NCBI GenBank assembly: GCA_037379345.1
Contig: CM074518.1
Coordinates: forward strand, 11,532,001-11,596,000
Reading direction: 5' to 3'
DNA: 64,000 nucleotides
Source: Perna viridis
Taxonomy: Eukaryota
Of the stretch, positions 12,001-26,600 are shown in pieces; the stretch's first letter is position 1; every line of letters begins with the position of its first letter. Made by a program: the position numbers and the translations under genes. Below the pieces are notes generated by a model. The model saw nothing but the letters and a program-made list of their open reading frames with translations. It was not told the DNA's origin and did no database searches.

Positions 12001-15000
12001 TGTTTTCTTTCCGTTGTTAATGGTTAAGAAAAAGTAGCACGTGCGTTTAATTGATTGTAACGCAATGCCTATGCTTCTAAATCTTGTATGTTTAACACAC
12101 ACACACCGGTGTCTTCTAATCAGCCAAGTATCAAAGGAGTACTATAGGATTAATCACATTGGCTATTGTATGTTCTTTGTTGTGTGTGTCTGTTTTCGGT
12201 GTGTGGTCTTTGTCCCTGAATTGAATTCTTTTTATTTTCGCTAGAGTCTTGTTTCCCTTGATTGCTATTGATGTATAAACGATGGCGATGCACTTACAAA
12301 CTTAACAAAAAAGTCCAAAGCTTCTGAGTGTATTACACCGCTTGAACATCATTAAAATCTGAGATAATGTGTGTTTAATCATTGTGATATTTTTTAAATG
12401 TGTTGTGATTCCCGTTTATGCCCATAACGAGCTTCATAAAAATAAGTGTGGTTTGAATGTCTTGAGAAAAGGCAATATTCTGTAGATAATACTATTTTTC
12501 TGAAACAAATTTAAAAGTTACTTTTGAAAATTCAAAATATGATTTCTTTAATTTTCCGACACACGTAAATAGGTGGATATCTCTCACAGGAGTGCTTTTT
12601 AACCAATCAAGTATAGTATTTCTAGATATGCAAATAAGATATAAATTATTTGTAAAAAGCCTATATAGCTAATTATAGCTTACCCCATGAGTACTTAATA
12701 CCCGGAAAGTAGGCCCAATTTGGAATAAATGTCGTCTCGTTCGTCATATTTTTTGTTTTGAGATTACTACTGATATCGAATGTTGAATGGCAGTCTGAAT
12801 TGATGCGGGGAAGCTTTATAGTTCTGTCTAATATATGAAGCCATTCTCCAAATTTAGGAAAGCTAAAAGAGAGAACATCGTCAAAAAATGAAATGTGAAA
12901 GGATTTAGCTTCTTTAAGCTTCTTGTCTTTCACTAGAAGTTGAAGAAACTCCTGTTAAAATGAAATAAGTAACAGTGGTCCATTAAAAAATCGTAAGCGT
13001 ATATTTAGTAGTAAGTTATGATGCCATAATAAATCAGAGTCTTGTGACGTCATAACTTACGACTAATTTTACTAATTTTTTTTTGTGAAAAGTGCTGCAG
13101 ATATTTTAAAGAGGCACATTAAGAATACATTTAGGATTGATGAAACAGGTTACAGATCGGGAAATTATATCGATTATCGTTGAACTGAAACAAAAAATAC
13201 CAGTCAATGATACTTTTCTTTAAATTAATTGTACATATTAAAATTACAATTCAAAGTTAATTTCTTTCTTCTCACGTTTCTTTTAATGAAAATCAAAGAG
13301 GATTCGACTTTATTTCACTTTTTCAAATCGCCTATAAAGTGTTTTGGGTACATTATGCAGAGAAATGATTGGGCATGTGCTTTCTGTTATATTGTATCAA
13401 TATAGGTATTAGGTAGTAAATGGGGCACATTCCAAAGATATATGGCTTTATAAATCCATGTTGTTATATTCAAATTGGTTTTAGGAATCGACGGAGATCT
13501 CGTTGAGCAGTTTAGGAATTCCACTTACGAAATAGAATTTAAACTTGATGGTGATCAGTGGACATGTGACACCAACAGCTCAGTCTGGGGTTCTAAGGTG
13601 TACGGGTTTAAATCTGGAGAGGAGGTGACCACAACTGACCCAATGGGCAAAGGACTCAAGGTATTTTAATACCCACACCTTTGTTAGAATTTCGCAGAAG
13701 AAATGATCCCTAAAACTTTATCACTGCTGACAGTTAATTTTTTTATCAATTTGAAAATGTAGTTGATTTGCTGTACTTTCAATGCTCTTGAATGACAATA
13801 AATCAAATAGATAGACGTTTACTGAAGCATTTTAATGAACAAGTAATGTTGTAAATTCAGGATGTATGGTAGTCTTGTCGGGCCACTTTCAGGGTTTATA
13901 TATCACCAGGTTTGTATTAACATGCTTTAATAGAAATGGGTTTTCACATATTGTTATTATATTCCTATTTGTTACAGTACACAGTCACTATCGAATCCGA
14001 CACAAAAATGGTAGAGATAAATAAATCTGAAATGGCAAATTGGATTCCGATGTCAGTAGTACGGGAAGTTAAAGATGGTAAAATATGCGAGGTATGTTTA
14101 TCCATTTATCAAAGGACCAGCGACGCTTCCTAGATAGAAGTTGAAGGACATATATCTGAAGTTAAAGTTTTTAACTCCAAGAAAATAATGATGATACAAT
14201 TAATAGATTCGTAGGTTTACAACTTATGACGAGTTCAGATCAGGGCTATTTATGTTTGCGCCGATTACGTCTTAGAGCATATATTTTTTGCCATCTCCTC
14301 GGTGTTCAAATATTTAAGTCAGCAAAAATTTGTCGATTAAATTGCGCAAATTTCCAGTCATTTATAGGAGAACTAAAATAATCGTGTAGTTATCATGAAA
14401 TCATGATGATGTCTATCTATTGAACTGACAGTGAAATCATACTTCTCATTTGTGAAATTTCCGCTCAGTTGAAGGAGAAGAAATATTTAACGATATTGCG
14501 TTATTAGGTTTTTCGAAGTACTTTCTACAGAAATAAGCCTCTCATGTCTTGAAGTAATCAATTCTCCATCAGTTTATGTCTTCTAGTGATTCCTGGGCTG
14601 TTGAAGAAAAGTTTCACCGTACAAGATTCAAACTATTATTATTCGTTAAATTTTGCTTTGGAACATGACGTCAACTGCAATGTTGTTACCAACCTGCCAA
14701 CATATGTTTGGTTAGATATCACGGTACACATACGGTTTTTAATATTTTCCTGGTTTTATTTTTTCCTCACCAAAATTTGTGATGTAGTGCGGATTCAGTA
14801 TTGGATTGGTGCGATGATCTGGAACTGGATACCACAAGTTCCGAAACAGCGTTCACTCTAGACACTGCAGCCGGCACTCTCAGAAAATGCAAAATCTTGC
14901 TAATTCGGAAAAATAATAAATGATTATACGCGACGTTATCCTATTCTCATACGACGTTTCATTTGAAAAGTGTCTGGAAATTTCGAGAGGCCTGTCTGCA

Positions 15001-15295
15001 GTGGTTAGTAAAAGATGGAACGAACGTCTGACGCTGCTTGGGGCTTGTGGAATACCAGGCTTTAACGAAAACATCAGAGACCGATCTACATTTTATTGCT
15101 TAATTCCGGAATCTCGAAACTCTGCGTTTAAATGCAAAATCTTCTATCTGCTGGTTTCTAAACACTTGTATCATGTAGAAATAGATAAATCGATATTGTT
15201 GGGTGTTTTTCATGTCTGTAACAGCTGCTTATTTATTGTAGACAACAACTCTAGAAAGCGGAGTATCAATGACAACAATAAGTACGAAAGCCTAA
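9089..15295 (+). CDS. FABP-family lipid-binding protein, copy A2, 139 aa; exons 9089-9164, 13485-13660, 13978-14091, 15242-15295
   Basis: MAAFIGKWKGDMTTATNYDEFCKASGIDGDLVEQFRNSTYEIEFKLDGDQWTCDTNSSVWGSKVYGFKSGEEVTTTDPMGKGLKYTVTIESDTKMVEINKSEMANWIPMSVVREVKDGKICETTTLESGVSMTTISTKA; calycin GxW motif, NYDEF helix, FKxGEE, VVREV; exons 76/176/114/54 nt with FABP intron phases 1,0,0. Confidence 0.92.
12165..12265 (+). mobile_element. Degenerate 3' fragment of the Penelope-like family
   Basis: ATGTTCTTTGTTGTGTGTGTCTGTTTTC...GTTTCCCTTGATT matches the family tail. Confidence 0.6.
12715..12957 (-). mobile_element. Decayed Penelope-like reverse transcriptase fragment (catalytic DD region)
   Basis: - strand translation QEFLQLLVKDKKLKEAKSFHISFFDDVLSFSFPKFGEWLHI resembles the RT xxDD-VLS motif; its end parallels LNNPNFWDLIHRIY at the start of the 30237 copy. 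Confidence 0.6.
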
Positions 15296-17056
15296 ATATG
15301 ATGTCGCTAATGACTTCTCTTGTTCATCAGTGAATGCTTATCGTTCTATAAAAGTGCTGTCTCTGGTAAAGGCAATGAGTAGTTCGGAATTTAAGGAAAC
15401 ATCCAGAGTTCGAGTTAGGGTTACTCATATTCCGCTTTTCACTCTTTTCTTTGCGTTTGTTTTACCTTTTCATTAAAGAAGTATGAACAATTATTTTCTA
15501 TTTTGCACGTATATATTTTAGTCTTAATGCAATTGGTAAAAGTGTACTCCCTTTAATTTTGAATATGTAATTAAAATGTCCACTCAGAATTCTTTTAGGT
15601 GGTAAGATCCCCGAGTTCTATTTTAGAAATAAAGAAAAAATAAATCCTGACCTTGAAGAGCATTAAATAAATGATCTCCGTCTTGTTGGCTTTCACGTGA
15701 AGAAAAAAGTCAATCTTTTCCAGCCGTCTTGTTTATTACCCGATATAAATACCACGTCATATCTGCACAAATAAATATACCGGTAAAAAAGACGAAACAA
15801 CTACCTAACAAATTGCCTCTTTAGTTCATGTTACCTTTAAATAAAAAAAAGAATTAACCTTTTTTTCAAATCGACATGGTAGATACTGCTATTCTACGGA
15901 AATTAGATGTTTCTTGAGATTGCTTTTGACGTATATGAATTTCATTTTTATATTAAAGAATAAACTTAGAAAGGCAGAGATAATTCAATTGTTAGTAAAA
16001 AAAAAACCATTATTCGTGTCGAAAACGCTAGAAATTAAACTTGTGCACAAACAAGGATCACTTTCGGTCCATTCACTTTTTCCAGTTTCTCCGATGGTAC
16101 GTTTGTGCGTCTGGTTTGTCTATTCATAAGGTTCAATGTCTGAACGAACAAGCAAACGCGTCCTATCCGTTCATTAAACGTCGATGAAAAAAAACCAACA
16201 AAATCTGCTTTTATCGATTATTTACTTTACAATTGCCATCTAGCAGTGTATTTCCTAACATCTCAAAGACACGTTAATAAATCTTTCTTTAAGTTTGATC
16301 AATATTCGCTTAGAAAAGTATGTGTCGTAGTATCTTCTGATAAAGAGTGGTCAAGACTATGAGGGTGAGTCGACACTCGTCACTAATTAGGTAGAACAAC
16401 ATTTAAAAAAAGATCCACAACACGAACAGATGGGCGCAGCGCACGGACCGGAAAGGAAGTATACATTGTATTTATTCCCATAAAAAATAATGAAATGATT
16501 GTAGAGCACTGACCAATAAAAGGATATTTATATATTTCAAATATACAGTTAAAAAAATCAAATAAAGAGAATATCCAAAAATGAACCACATCTATAGTGT
16601 TTTATAAATTCGAAAACGGCCAAGCAAATTTTGGACAAATTTATTTTGTTTTTGTTTTTGTTTTGTCTTTGTTTATTTTGTGTTCAATGTTCAATTTTAA
16701 ACGAAAAAGACCTATTACTTTTGTTTTCGTGATATTCCATGAACAGTATTTTTTATTTGCTGTTTACTTATTTATACAACTAAATTAAGAAAGAGAATAG
16801 TGAATAAGTGAAGAATAGCTGCGTTTAAAAGGTAAAAAGGAGAACGGAACTTTGAATGGCACCATGCCGCTGTGGTGTGGGCAGGCAGTCTTCTTTTCAA
16901 TAATTTTTGCCACTGACGAAGAGCATAAGGCCAAAAATTTGAGCCCATGTACATTTTATTGTTTGCGTTTTATTTGTATTTATTTGTATGTAGTTCCTTT
17001 TAGCCTTTTTAATGTTGATATTGTATACTTAATCATTACTCTTATTACTCTTATGT

Positions 17057-17163
17057 TCTACCAAAGTCTTCTTGAGTCAAAATTGTTTGAAAATTTCTTG
17101 TTAAATTTATCGCCTTTGTAAGGCAAAATTCAAGAGATTCAGGCCCCTGGGAACCTCTTGTTT
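17057..17163 (+). mobile_element. 3' end fragment of a Helentron-associated-like (HINE-type) element
   Basis: Similar to 56755-56870; terminal ATTCAGGCCCCTGGGAACCTCTTGTTT. Confidence 0.55.
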
Positions 17164-17392
17164 CTTTACATTATATCTTACACTTGCGTTGCATAATTAT
17201 GTGGCGTGTGTTGTGTATGTCTGTTTATCATGTGTGTTGCATTAATTTTATGAATTAATCAATTCAGTCTGCATTCATTTTTGTCAAAATGTTTACTCCG
17301 GCTTTTTTATATAAGAAACGTACCTTATATCTCATTTGGTTTTAAATTGTACAACATTGTTCTAATTCATTCTTTATAAAATGTTGTAAAAT

Positions 17393-17626
17393 AGTAATCA
17401 AGGGAACCAAGATTCTAGAGGAAATCAAAAGAATGACATCAAGGTACAAAGACCAGACAAATGGAAAACAAATACACACAACAAAGAACATGAAATAACC
17501 TAAAATAATACATACAAAACAACAAAGGTAAATTAGCATATCGGACTCCACAACATATTTGGAGCATGGACTAGGTGCACCGGTAGGGTAAGCATCCTCC
17601 GTTTTTCTACGAACACCCGCCGAGTT
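17393..17626 (-). mobile_element. Diverged 3' tail of the Penelope-like family
   Basis: GTAATCAAGGGAACCAAG...GGAGCATGGACTAGGTGCACCGGTAGGGTAAGC...ACACCCGCCGAGTT. Confidence 0.8.
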
Positions 17627-18026
17627 AAAGTGTGATATACTTTATGTTCATGAAGTCATTATGTTCTTAGCAAGTGTTTTGTAATTTATTGGATTTAGAC
17701 TTAGTTGTAAGTTGTAAGTTGTGAATGTTGGTCTATATGACTGTGCTCAACAATAATTACTATCCCATTCATAGTCGCGTTTTACCATCATAATAAATAT
17801 AACATATTTGCTTTCTTCTAGTGCGGCCGCTGAAATTGTTCTTCCTAAATATACTGTTTGATCAAAAGTTTTAATCAATAATTAAAATTGCATGTCATTC
17901 AAATAGTTCAGTTGCATGTATACAGAAATTCTGTATGACACATACATACAACTGCATTTAAATTCCCTTAAAGCTCATTCTTAATAGTTTTGTCTATACG
18001 ACGGTAAGCATCAGATAACATCGAAA

Positions 18027-21000
18027 ATGGCAGCATTCATTGGAAAATGGAAGGGAGATATGACTTCTTCTACTAATTACGACGAATTTTGTAAAGCGTC
18101 AGGTAAGACAAATTTGGATGGCAAAATTTATAAAAAAAAAAAAAACTTTATTGTCAGTCTCTGGTTTCAAGTTCCTCTTTTCTACTGAAATTCAGCAAAA
18201 ACAGTCATACCTGCTACTCTAAGACTAAGGTAGCATTAGTTACTGGTGTCATATTATAAATATTGTAAGTTTATTTATTTATAACAAAGATTATATATCA
18301 AGAAATTATAATATGCCATGTATTATTCTACTTTTGTTTTCTTTAAAATTACAGGATTCTTTTCTCTTAAATTTGAGTTAAGACTTAATTTTAATTCAAT
18401 TAAAAACTTAATTTAATTTTGTTGAGTTCAGGTTTGGAAAGGGAACTTTTAACCTTACAGCAGCTTTTTATGTGATTCATCTCATTAATACGCCTATGAA
18501 ATAGAAAAGGAGTTTCTAGATTATTTTTTAAGTTTCTAGATCGACCGTTGAAGTTTCCATATAAAAAATCCGGATATCTGGAGAAAGGAGGGAGGGCATA
18601 TATACGAGAGAATATTTATAAATTTATGAAAGCGTTACACCTAGAAAACCTATTTTGGTCTACTAGTATGAACAAACAAAGGTCACAGATGTCCAACGTC
18701 GTGCTAAAAGATCACCAATCGTTTCAGTTGAGATACTCAAACATTTTAGAAATTGTAGCAGAGTAGCGACCTCATTATTATTTCGACAGCAATGTAGATA
18801 AAAAATGTATATGACTAAATGCTTTATAAATGACCCAAAAACAAGCAAGCCTCTGTTTAAGAAGGACTTTAACTGAATTTGATGGGTTCGAAGAGGAATA
18901 TAATTGTACCCAAATATATCATTTTATCAGCTATTTTACGGTATTGTTGATTAAACATGAAACACGTGTATTTGACAGTTGGTTGGGTAGTTATCAACAG
19001 TACAATATGATTCATTGGTGTAAAAAGATTTTAACAAACTATTATGCAATTTGACAAATTGTGTGCAGGGGAGTTGTTAATATTGAAAATCTTTAGGCTA
19101 CATATTCACTAAGCAAAAGTATAGGGAAATTAAAGTGTTGAAGTACATATACAAGTCCTGGATAAATCGTGATATGATAACATTGGTTACGTGCGTTTAC
19201 GATCGTTTGGGCTCTAAACATTTTCTGAGACATTGTTTATATCTAATGATTTTTGTCAAACATTAATATAATAGGTAATATATACTTTAAAAGGTTGCGG
19301 CGAAAATCCATAACATAATTAAATGAGAAAGAAACAAGGGTGGAGCAAGAAACGAGTAACAGAAGATCAGATTAGATCATTATCATCAAATATTAACTTG
19401 TCGATGGTAATTTATTAAGCACATTTAAAAAAAAGTTGACTGAATGCCAGAACTAATGAATTCATTTAGATGGTCTGAAACACGTGTGAACTTGAAGAAA
19501 TGATAATTCCCATTTTTTTTTTAACTTTCAGGGTTGTCTGGAGATCTCGTTGAGAAATTTAGAAACTCCTCTTTTGATATAGAATTTAAACTTGATGGCG
19601 ACCAGTGGACATGTGATTTTAACAGCTCGGTCATGGGTTCTAAGAAATATGAGTTTAAATCTGGAGAAGAGGTGACCACAACCGACCCTATGGGTAAAGG
19701 ACTAAAGGTACTCTAATACCCGCGCCTGTGTAACAGGCAATAGATAAAACAGTGTAACCTGATCACTGTGAAGTAAATGTTTGATTACATAAAAAAGTGA
19801 GTTAAAAAATTATTTGCGAATGAACAAATTAAATACAGTTACGTGTAACTTTTTTGTACTAACGCATACTGAAAAATCTCCAATTTATAGCGTTGTATAT
19901 AATAAATCACGATGGTCATTCCTAGTGTATGAGGTAATTTTAAGTGTACAATTCGCCTGGCTTGGAAATATTACACGCTTTACTAAATGTAATACATGTG
20001 ATTGTTTATTGTATCCCTATAAGTTGCATTCTAAACTGTTGCAGTACACAATCAATGTCGAATCCGACACAAAAATGGTAGAGTCACAAACATCTGAAAT
20101 GGCAAATTGGGTTCCAATGACGGTAGTACGGGAAGTTAAAGACGGTAAAATACATGAGGTATGTTTATAGGTCAAAGAAGAACCGATATTTTCTGGATTG
20201 GGAATACGTGTTTATTAAACCATACATGTCTGCTTATTTTAAGTTACTGTAATTGATAATAACATGAAAATAACCATGTCGTTTAGCACATATGTAAAAA
20301 AATCGATTCTAAGAGAAACGAGTTACAAAATATTCGGACAATGTCTGTATATGTTGGGATCCGGCGTACTCATGTAATATCAGTTTTGTGATGTTTTATT
20401 TATTTCATTTCGAATTCCTTTACTGTATTTGTCACTTTTAAATATTCAAGTATTTAAATTACGTTGAATTTACTTTAATTGATTTCACTTGATTTGTTTG
20501 AGTTACCATAGTAATGAAATGCTGTTGTTGGTGCACTTAATAATTATGTATTCGTTCCTGTCCTTGTTTTGTTGACCATATTTGCCATTCTGTATAATCA
20601 AGCAATGGGTGGCACGTAATTTTTCTCATTTTTTTCTTTTTTTCTTTTTTTTTTTTTTTTTTTTTTGCCTCAAGTATATTCAATACATCTAGAGAACAAT
20701 CGAAAAGCTGTATAAACTTATCCTGTGGCATATCAGCATAGATATTTTGGTTGCTTATATAGGAAAAACGAACACGCAAAATTCCCCGTAATTTTGTCAT
20801 AGTGCATTTCAATTAAATTTGACCCATCAAAATCTTAAAAAGGCAAACTAAGCAAATACTTAGATGGTTCTTTGTTAAGGTCATGGGATATAAATGTTTG
20901 AAAATGAATTATAATTGTTGCATTTTTTAATTTTTTGTGCAACACTTTGTACACATTAAAGATTTTAGATAGAGAAGTACTAAATATTATTTCTTGTGTT

Positions 21001-21145
21001 ACTTTGCTTTCTGAGCTGGTATTAAATTAGTTCGAAGTACCGTTAATCTACCTTCTAACGTGTACATTTACAAAATACTTCTTCATTGTAGACAACAACT
21101 CTAGAAAACGGAGTATCAATGACGTCATTTATGACGAAAGCCTAA
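18027..21145 (+). CDS. FABP-family lipid-binding protein, copy A3, 139 aa; exons 18027-18102, 19532-19707, 20045-20158, 21092-21145
   Basis: MAAFIGKWKGDMTSSTNYDEFCKASGLSGDLVEKFRNSSFDIEFKLDGDQWTCDFNSSVMGSKKYEFKSGEEVTTTDPMGKGLKYTINVESDTKMVESQTSEMANWVPMTVVREVKDGKIHETTTLENGVSMTSFMTKA; same exon sizes as A2; AATAAA at 21309. Confidence 0.92.
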
Positions 21146-23626
21146 AAAGGGACCTCCTAACGACTCGTTTTTTTTTTATTTCTACTGTACAATGGTGTCT
21201 GGGGCAAAGGCAGTGGATATGATTCATGACTAAAAAAAACAACAAAAACAACAGTATCGCTTACATACTGGATTTTTTTTTCTTTTTCATGTGCTTCAAC
21301 ACCCTTTCAATAAAGACGCTTTAGCAATATTTTTTATTTATCGTGTCCCCCCCCTCCCCAACAAAAAAAGCAAATGTTATTATTTTGGCTGAGTTTCATT
21401 TTTTATCACACTTCCTCATAGCGCATATATGCCGGAATGATTTCTCGGAGAGCACTCGTCAGATAATGGAAATAATAAACAGATACATTTTAAATATTAA
21501 CAAATAAAGACTTTTCATTTCAAGTAGACAAAAAAGGTACAAGTAAAACATAAGTTGAACTTTATGCTACTGGAGATGATTTAATTTATTGCCAAGCAAG
21601 TTTAAGAATTTTCCATATATAAGGCACGTATCTTTAGACATTATTCTCTATGGAGATAAAAACCTGATAAATGCATTATCAATCATTATCATACAAATCA
21701 GTTAACCTGGTAATACGTGGGGTATTGTCTATGACATATTTAAGGTGCATCACGGCAACAGCAAAATATCAGGGCTCTAAAATAAAACGCAGTTAAAAAC
21801 TACTTGTATCAGGAAAAGAAAAACAAGACATGGTATTATTGCAATAAAACATAAAACAATCGTACCTTTTTTCTTGCTCATTTTTCATAACTGACAATTA
21901 TTCAAGTACACACGAAATAATACATGATTGAAAATTAACCTGCTGGTTCAGACAAGAGAACACAATTCGGATGGAACCTGTATCTTTTCGGATAAGTTTG
22001 AAATAGCATTTTACAACTTTGCGCCTACACAAATATTGCATTTATCTATAAAGACAAAAGTGAAAACAAATGTCTCGAAAAGACAACAGCCATACCAAGA
22101 TTTGAAAAAAGGAACAAAGAAAAACAAAACTGAACAAAAAACAAACAGATACCTATTCACTTAATGCATGTGGTGAAAATTTTCCAACACCCAGAGTCTG
22201 CCTTCGACTGACAATTGAAACCACAAATCTATAAATACTTGCTCTGTTGCCTAAAATCATTATTTACACGAAGTTTTACCTTTCAATTCTAAAACTAACT
22301 AAATCAAACTGGGTCAGTTTAGAATATAAAACAGTGTTGTATAGTTAAATTGGTTTGGAGTTTTCCATTTCCTTCGATCTTTAAGTGTAGGTCAAAATAT
22401 GAGGCTGACTTCACAATGTACGTAGTGTCCTTTATTTCTTCGGGAGTAGATGCGATGCATAAAATCCCTGAAATTAGGATTGTTGAAAGATAATATATCT
22501 TCTATATAGCGGAAACTAAGATCAAAGGTGTTCCTCCTTTGGATCAGATCAGCTGTAAAGTCGGCATTGTGAAAGTGGAGGAATAGCTAGTCAGCAAGTA
22601 GGGGACTTAATTTTGGGATATCGACACGCCCACCACTCTGAATAAATAAGTTGTTGGTAAAAAATGCCAGCATTTTGACATCTTCTCAAGTATATTAATT
22701 TAAAAGATTATATGTTTTTTATTATTATTTCTTCGTTTTTACTAAGTATTGAGTATCTCTACCAAGTACTACGTATTTGTATTTAGGTGTTCCATCTTTT
22801 TTTAAAGTAAAAACGATGTGTGTAACGGTTTTGAGTTGGGATTTCAATTGAGGATAAAGGGCTAAAAAATCATAGGTCTTTATTCGATCGTATTCCGCGA
22901 ATAATCCAGCATTGAGAGTGTCCAGAAAATATTTCCAATTTTTCAGGATTCACATTGAACTGATACCACTACGGGAGTAACAAGTGTTGTGGTTCTACTC
23001 ATGATCCTCTATGGCAGCTGTACTTTACTTTGAAGGTAAATAGTTTCGAAAGAGACTTTGTAGTACATTAGGCAGATTTAGCTATAAATTGTTGTTTGTA
23101 TGGATTCTTGCTAAGTTTTTGGATATAATAAATGGACGGAAGGTTACAAGCATCGTTTTCTAAGTAAAGAGACCACAAAAAAGGATAGAACGATTTATGG
23201 TTTTCAACTATCTCTTCTTTGGGAAGTGTGGTAATAGTATAGGTCTTGTTTACTGTTATTATTTCTACATCTAACCACAGTCGAAATTTCGGCGGTTTCA
23301 GTAGAGAAATTAACTTTTAAAACGCCCACATGCAACATAATATTTCTTTTTTAGCAGTCTCATCGACGTTTTAGGCAAAATTATCATTTAGATAATTTTC
23401 AACTGAATCAATCATTAGAACTCATTTTGATGACTTGGGTAACTCCTGTACCGAATAAGTACATTTAAATGACACTTAACAACAAATTTAAAGATCATGA
23501 TTTAGGGCAAATAAATAGACGCATTTGTTCTATTTGTAGAATAAAGTATGAGTCCATATCAAATGTTTGTCGAAGTTTAAAGATTCAATACAAGGGACTG
23601 AGGTTATTTTACGTAGCATTACAGAA

Positions 23627-26600
23627 ATGGCCGGAACACAATTCATTGGGAAATGGAAATCAGATATGTCAAAAGCCGATAATTTCTTGGAATTTGCTAA
23701 AGTTTCAGGTAGGCATTTGCAGTGTATATAGCGCGGGAGATCAGATACGCACGAGGTATGAACATTTGTAAAAACTGCGTCTCCGTCAATTTCGTTAATT
23801 GTTGAGTCGGTATAAGTGGACGTATGTCTTTGCGCCAGAACGAATAAAATCCTGCTTAGGCACTGACCATTTATGTATTGAGGGGGGTGGAATAATTTGA
23901 ATATATATATATATTAATTTCACTTTGAAGAAAAATTAAAAAAAATGTTTTTGCTGTAGCAAGATAAAAATAAATGAAGTTGCTTAATGATGAAAATTAA
24001 TAATAATGTTGTATTCTGTTTTTCATTAAAAAAAAGTTTAGGTAGAAAAAAAGGAAAGGACAGGAGAGGACAGGTATCGCATGTACATATAGTGAATGTA
24101 CCATAAACTGACATTCAACATGTTAAATTATGTATGAAGGAGTATGTAACAAATGTCTTTAATATTAACATTTATAGTCGAAAAATTCATAATGTTATAA
24201 TGAGCAACTAAATGGATATCAATATCCAGAGACTTTTGTGTTATATTAATCCAGTTTGTTAAACAAACTATCAGAAAGATGCAAAAAATACACGAACTAC
24301 CACTAAACATTATAACCAATTTAGATGTTATCTCCAATAGAGAAAAGATAAGAATACCAAGCCGTCCGAGATTATTCCCTATTGTGGACTTCTTGACTAT
24401 TTTTGCTACCTATAGTTAAAGACCAAGGAACTTACATACGCATGTATGCAAGCATGTTCAGTAATGAACTAATTAATGCAGCTGAAAACATTCACTTTGA
24501 AATGAAAAAAAAGAAGACCATGCTATATTTTTGAGCAATGAGAACTTACTTCTAATATTATAATGTTCTATAAGAATAAGTTCTTAATGCGATGTGCAAT
24601 GAGGACAGTCCCTAGCCGTGACATATGTGACATACAAGAGTAAGAACTTATTAACTATATGGTTGAAAAATTCCCAAACAAGCACAACATAATTAGTTCT
24701 GAGATGATGGCTTTATTGTCTTTAATGGGTCTTTTGATCAACTTCAAATGTTATTTAACATGGCTAATAAGAACCTGAACTACTCTAATTTACTTATTTA
24801 AGTCCTCAGTAAATTTCTTAGAGAAAGTGCAGTTAAATGGAATAGGGTGAAACCTTACAACACTTAAGATTTAATAGTAGTCCAATGTGCCTAATGCACA
24901 ATCTCAACAGTTTTAATTCATTAAAAAGTTACCCGGCTTTAAAATATGCAGCTTTTTCTGACCACTAGCAGAGCGTGTGGTCTCCGACTTAAAGTCAATA
25001 AAAAGTAATAAAAAGTTATTTAAGAATTAGCTATAATGAAAATTTTGTCTATTGAAAAATAACATAAATTTTCCATTTGCATATTGTTTATCGCGCCAAG
25101 TGCAATAAACAAAATATGCACATGGAAAATTTATGTTATTTTTCAACAATTTTTATCATGGCCAATTCTTATAAATTAATTTTAAAACGCATTTTTATCT
25201 TTTAACATGTTAAAAGTAACTCTGAATTTAACTGAATAGGGGCGTGTCAGTATTTTTTTATCCATTGAGATATAACAAAATTATTTTAACCAATCAGATT
25301 ACATTATTTATCTCAAACTAATTTATTAACATTCGTAACAAACTGCGATCCAACATTACATACAATCTCGTATTTGTTACGAAAGCACTGGTCTAATATA
25401 ATTAATGACCCTGAATGCTCTCAACTATTAAAACCACCACTAAAGCAGACCCTTATCAAACCTTTATAATGAACGTCTTTCGTGAACAATTAAATATTAC
25501 TCAATAGCACATTATATCTGTAGAAGATAAACTCATCACATGTATACACCGTTCTTTATATATGCATCTTTTACATAGTACATTTAATTACGAAACTAAT
25601 AAATATTTCCACTATATGATCTGAAGCCAATGCAACATTCCTGAAATATACTTGTGATATGTGTATATGTATTACACAATACATTCAATTTCCCTTAACT
25701 ATAATTTTTCATCCGCCTTTGAAACTTTTCTCCCTTAAGACTGCCTCAATGAGACATTATACGAAACCGGAAAAGCTGTCCAGGCTGCAATAGAAATGGA
25801 GCACTACTACCTTGATATTTTGGGACGAAGTTAGATGGACATCATCTGGAGCGGTCATGCTATCTTCTGGGCAAATTTTACTGTACTCTGATCACAAAAC
25901 GAGGATGGCAACCATCAACATGGAGTAGAAATCTCACTCAACATGAAGGCCAAATTATCATTCATCGGATGGAATCCTGTGAGTGAAAGATTTATTGTGG
26001 CAAGATTTATGTCAAAGATACAAAAAGTAACAGTCATTCAATGCAACGCTCCTACCAACGTAGCAGAGGAAGAAGACGAAGAGTTTTACAACCAGCTCCA
26101 AGCTACCCAATATTGAACAAGACTTGGGGCATCTTGATTGTAATCCGTGACAAGACTGCCAAAGATTGAAAAGATAACACAGGGAGAGAACTCATCACGG
26201 GGAAGGAATGAATTGGTAACATCAACGGAAATGGAGAACTTAGAATGCAGATTTTTGCTCCCAGAACGATCTGGTCATAGAAGATACGACATTCCAACTC
26301 CCTCACAAGGATATACACAAAACTATCCGCGTGTCTCCAGAGATGAAAACTAGAAACTAGATAGACCAGATTACAGTCGCCAGGAGATGAAGAAGGAACA
26401 TGACAGCCGTTAGAGCTTATCGAGGTGCTGATATAGCATCCGATCATCAACTTGTGTTGGCTAAATTAAAGATCAAGATAGCCATGGCAACCAGACAAGA
26501 TCAGATTAGAACGCCAAAGTATAACATAAAGACGAGGTGCAGTAGTCAAACAATTGGAAAGAGTAAAATCCACATATAACACCACATGCCAAGAAGAACT

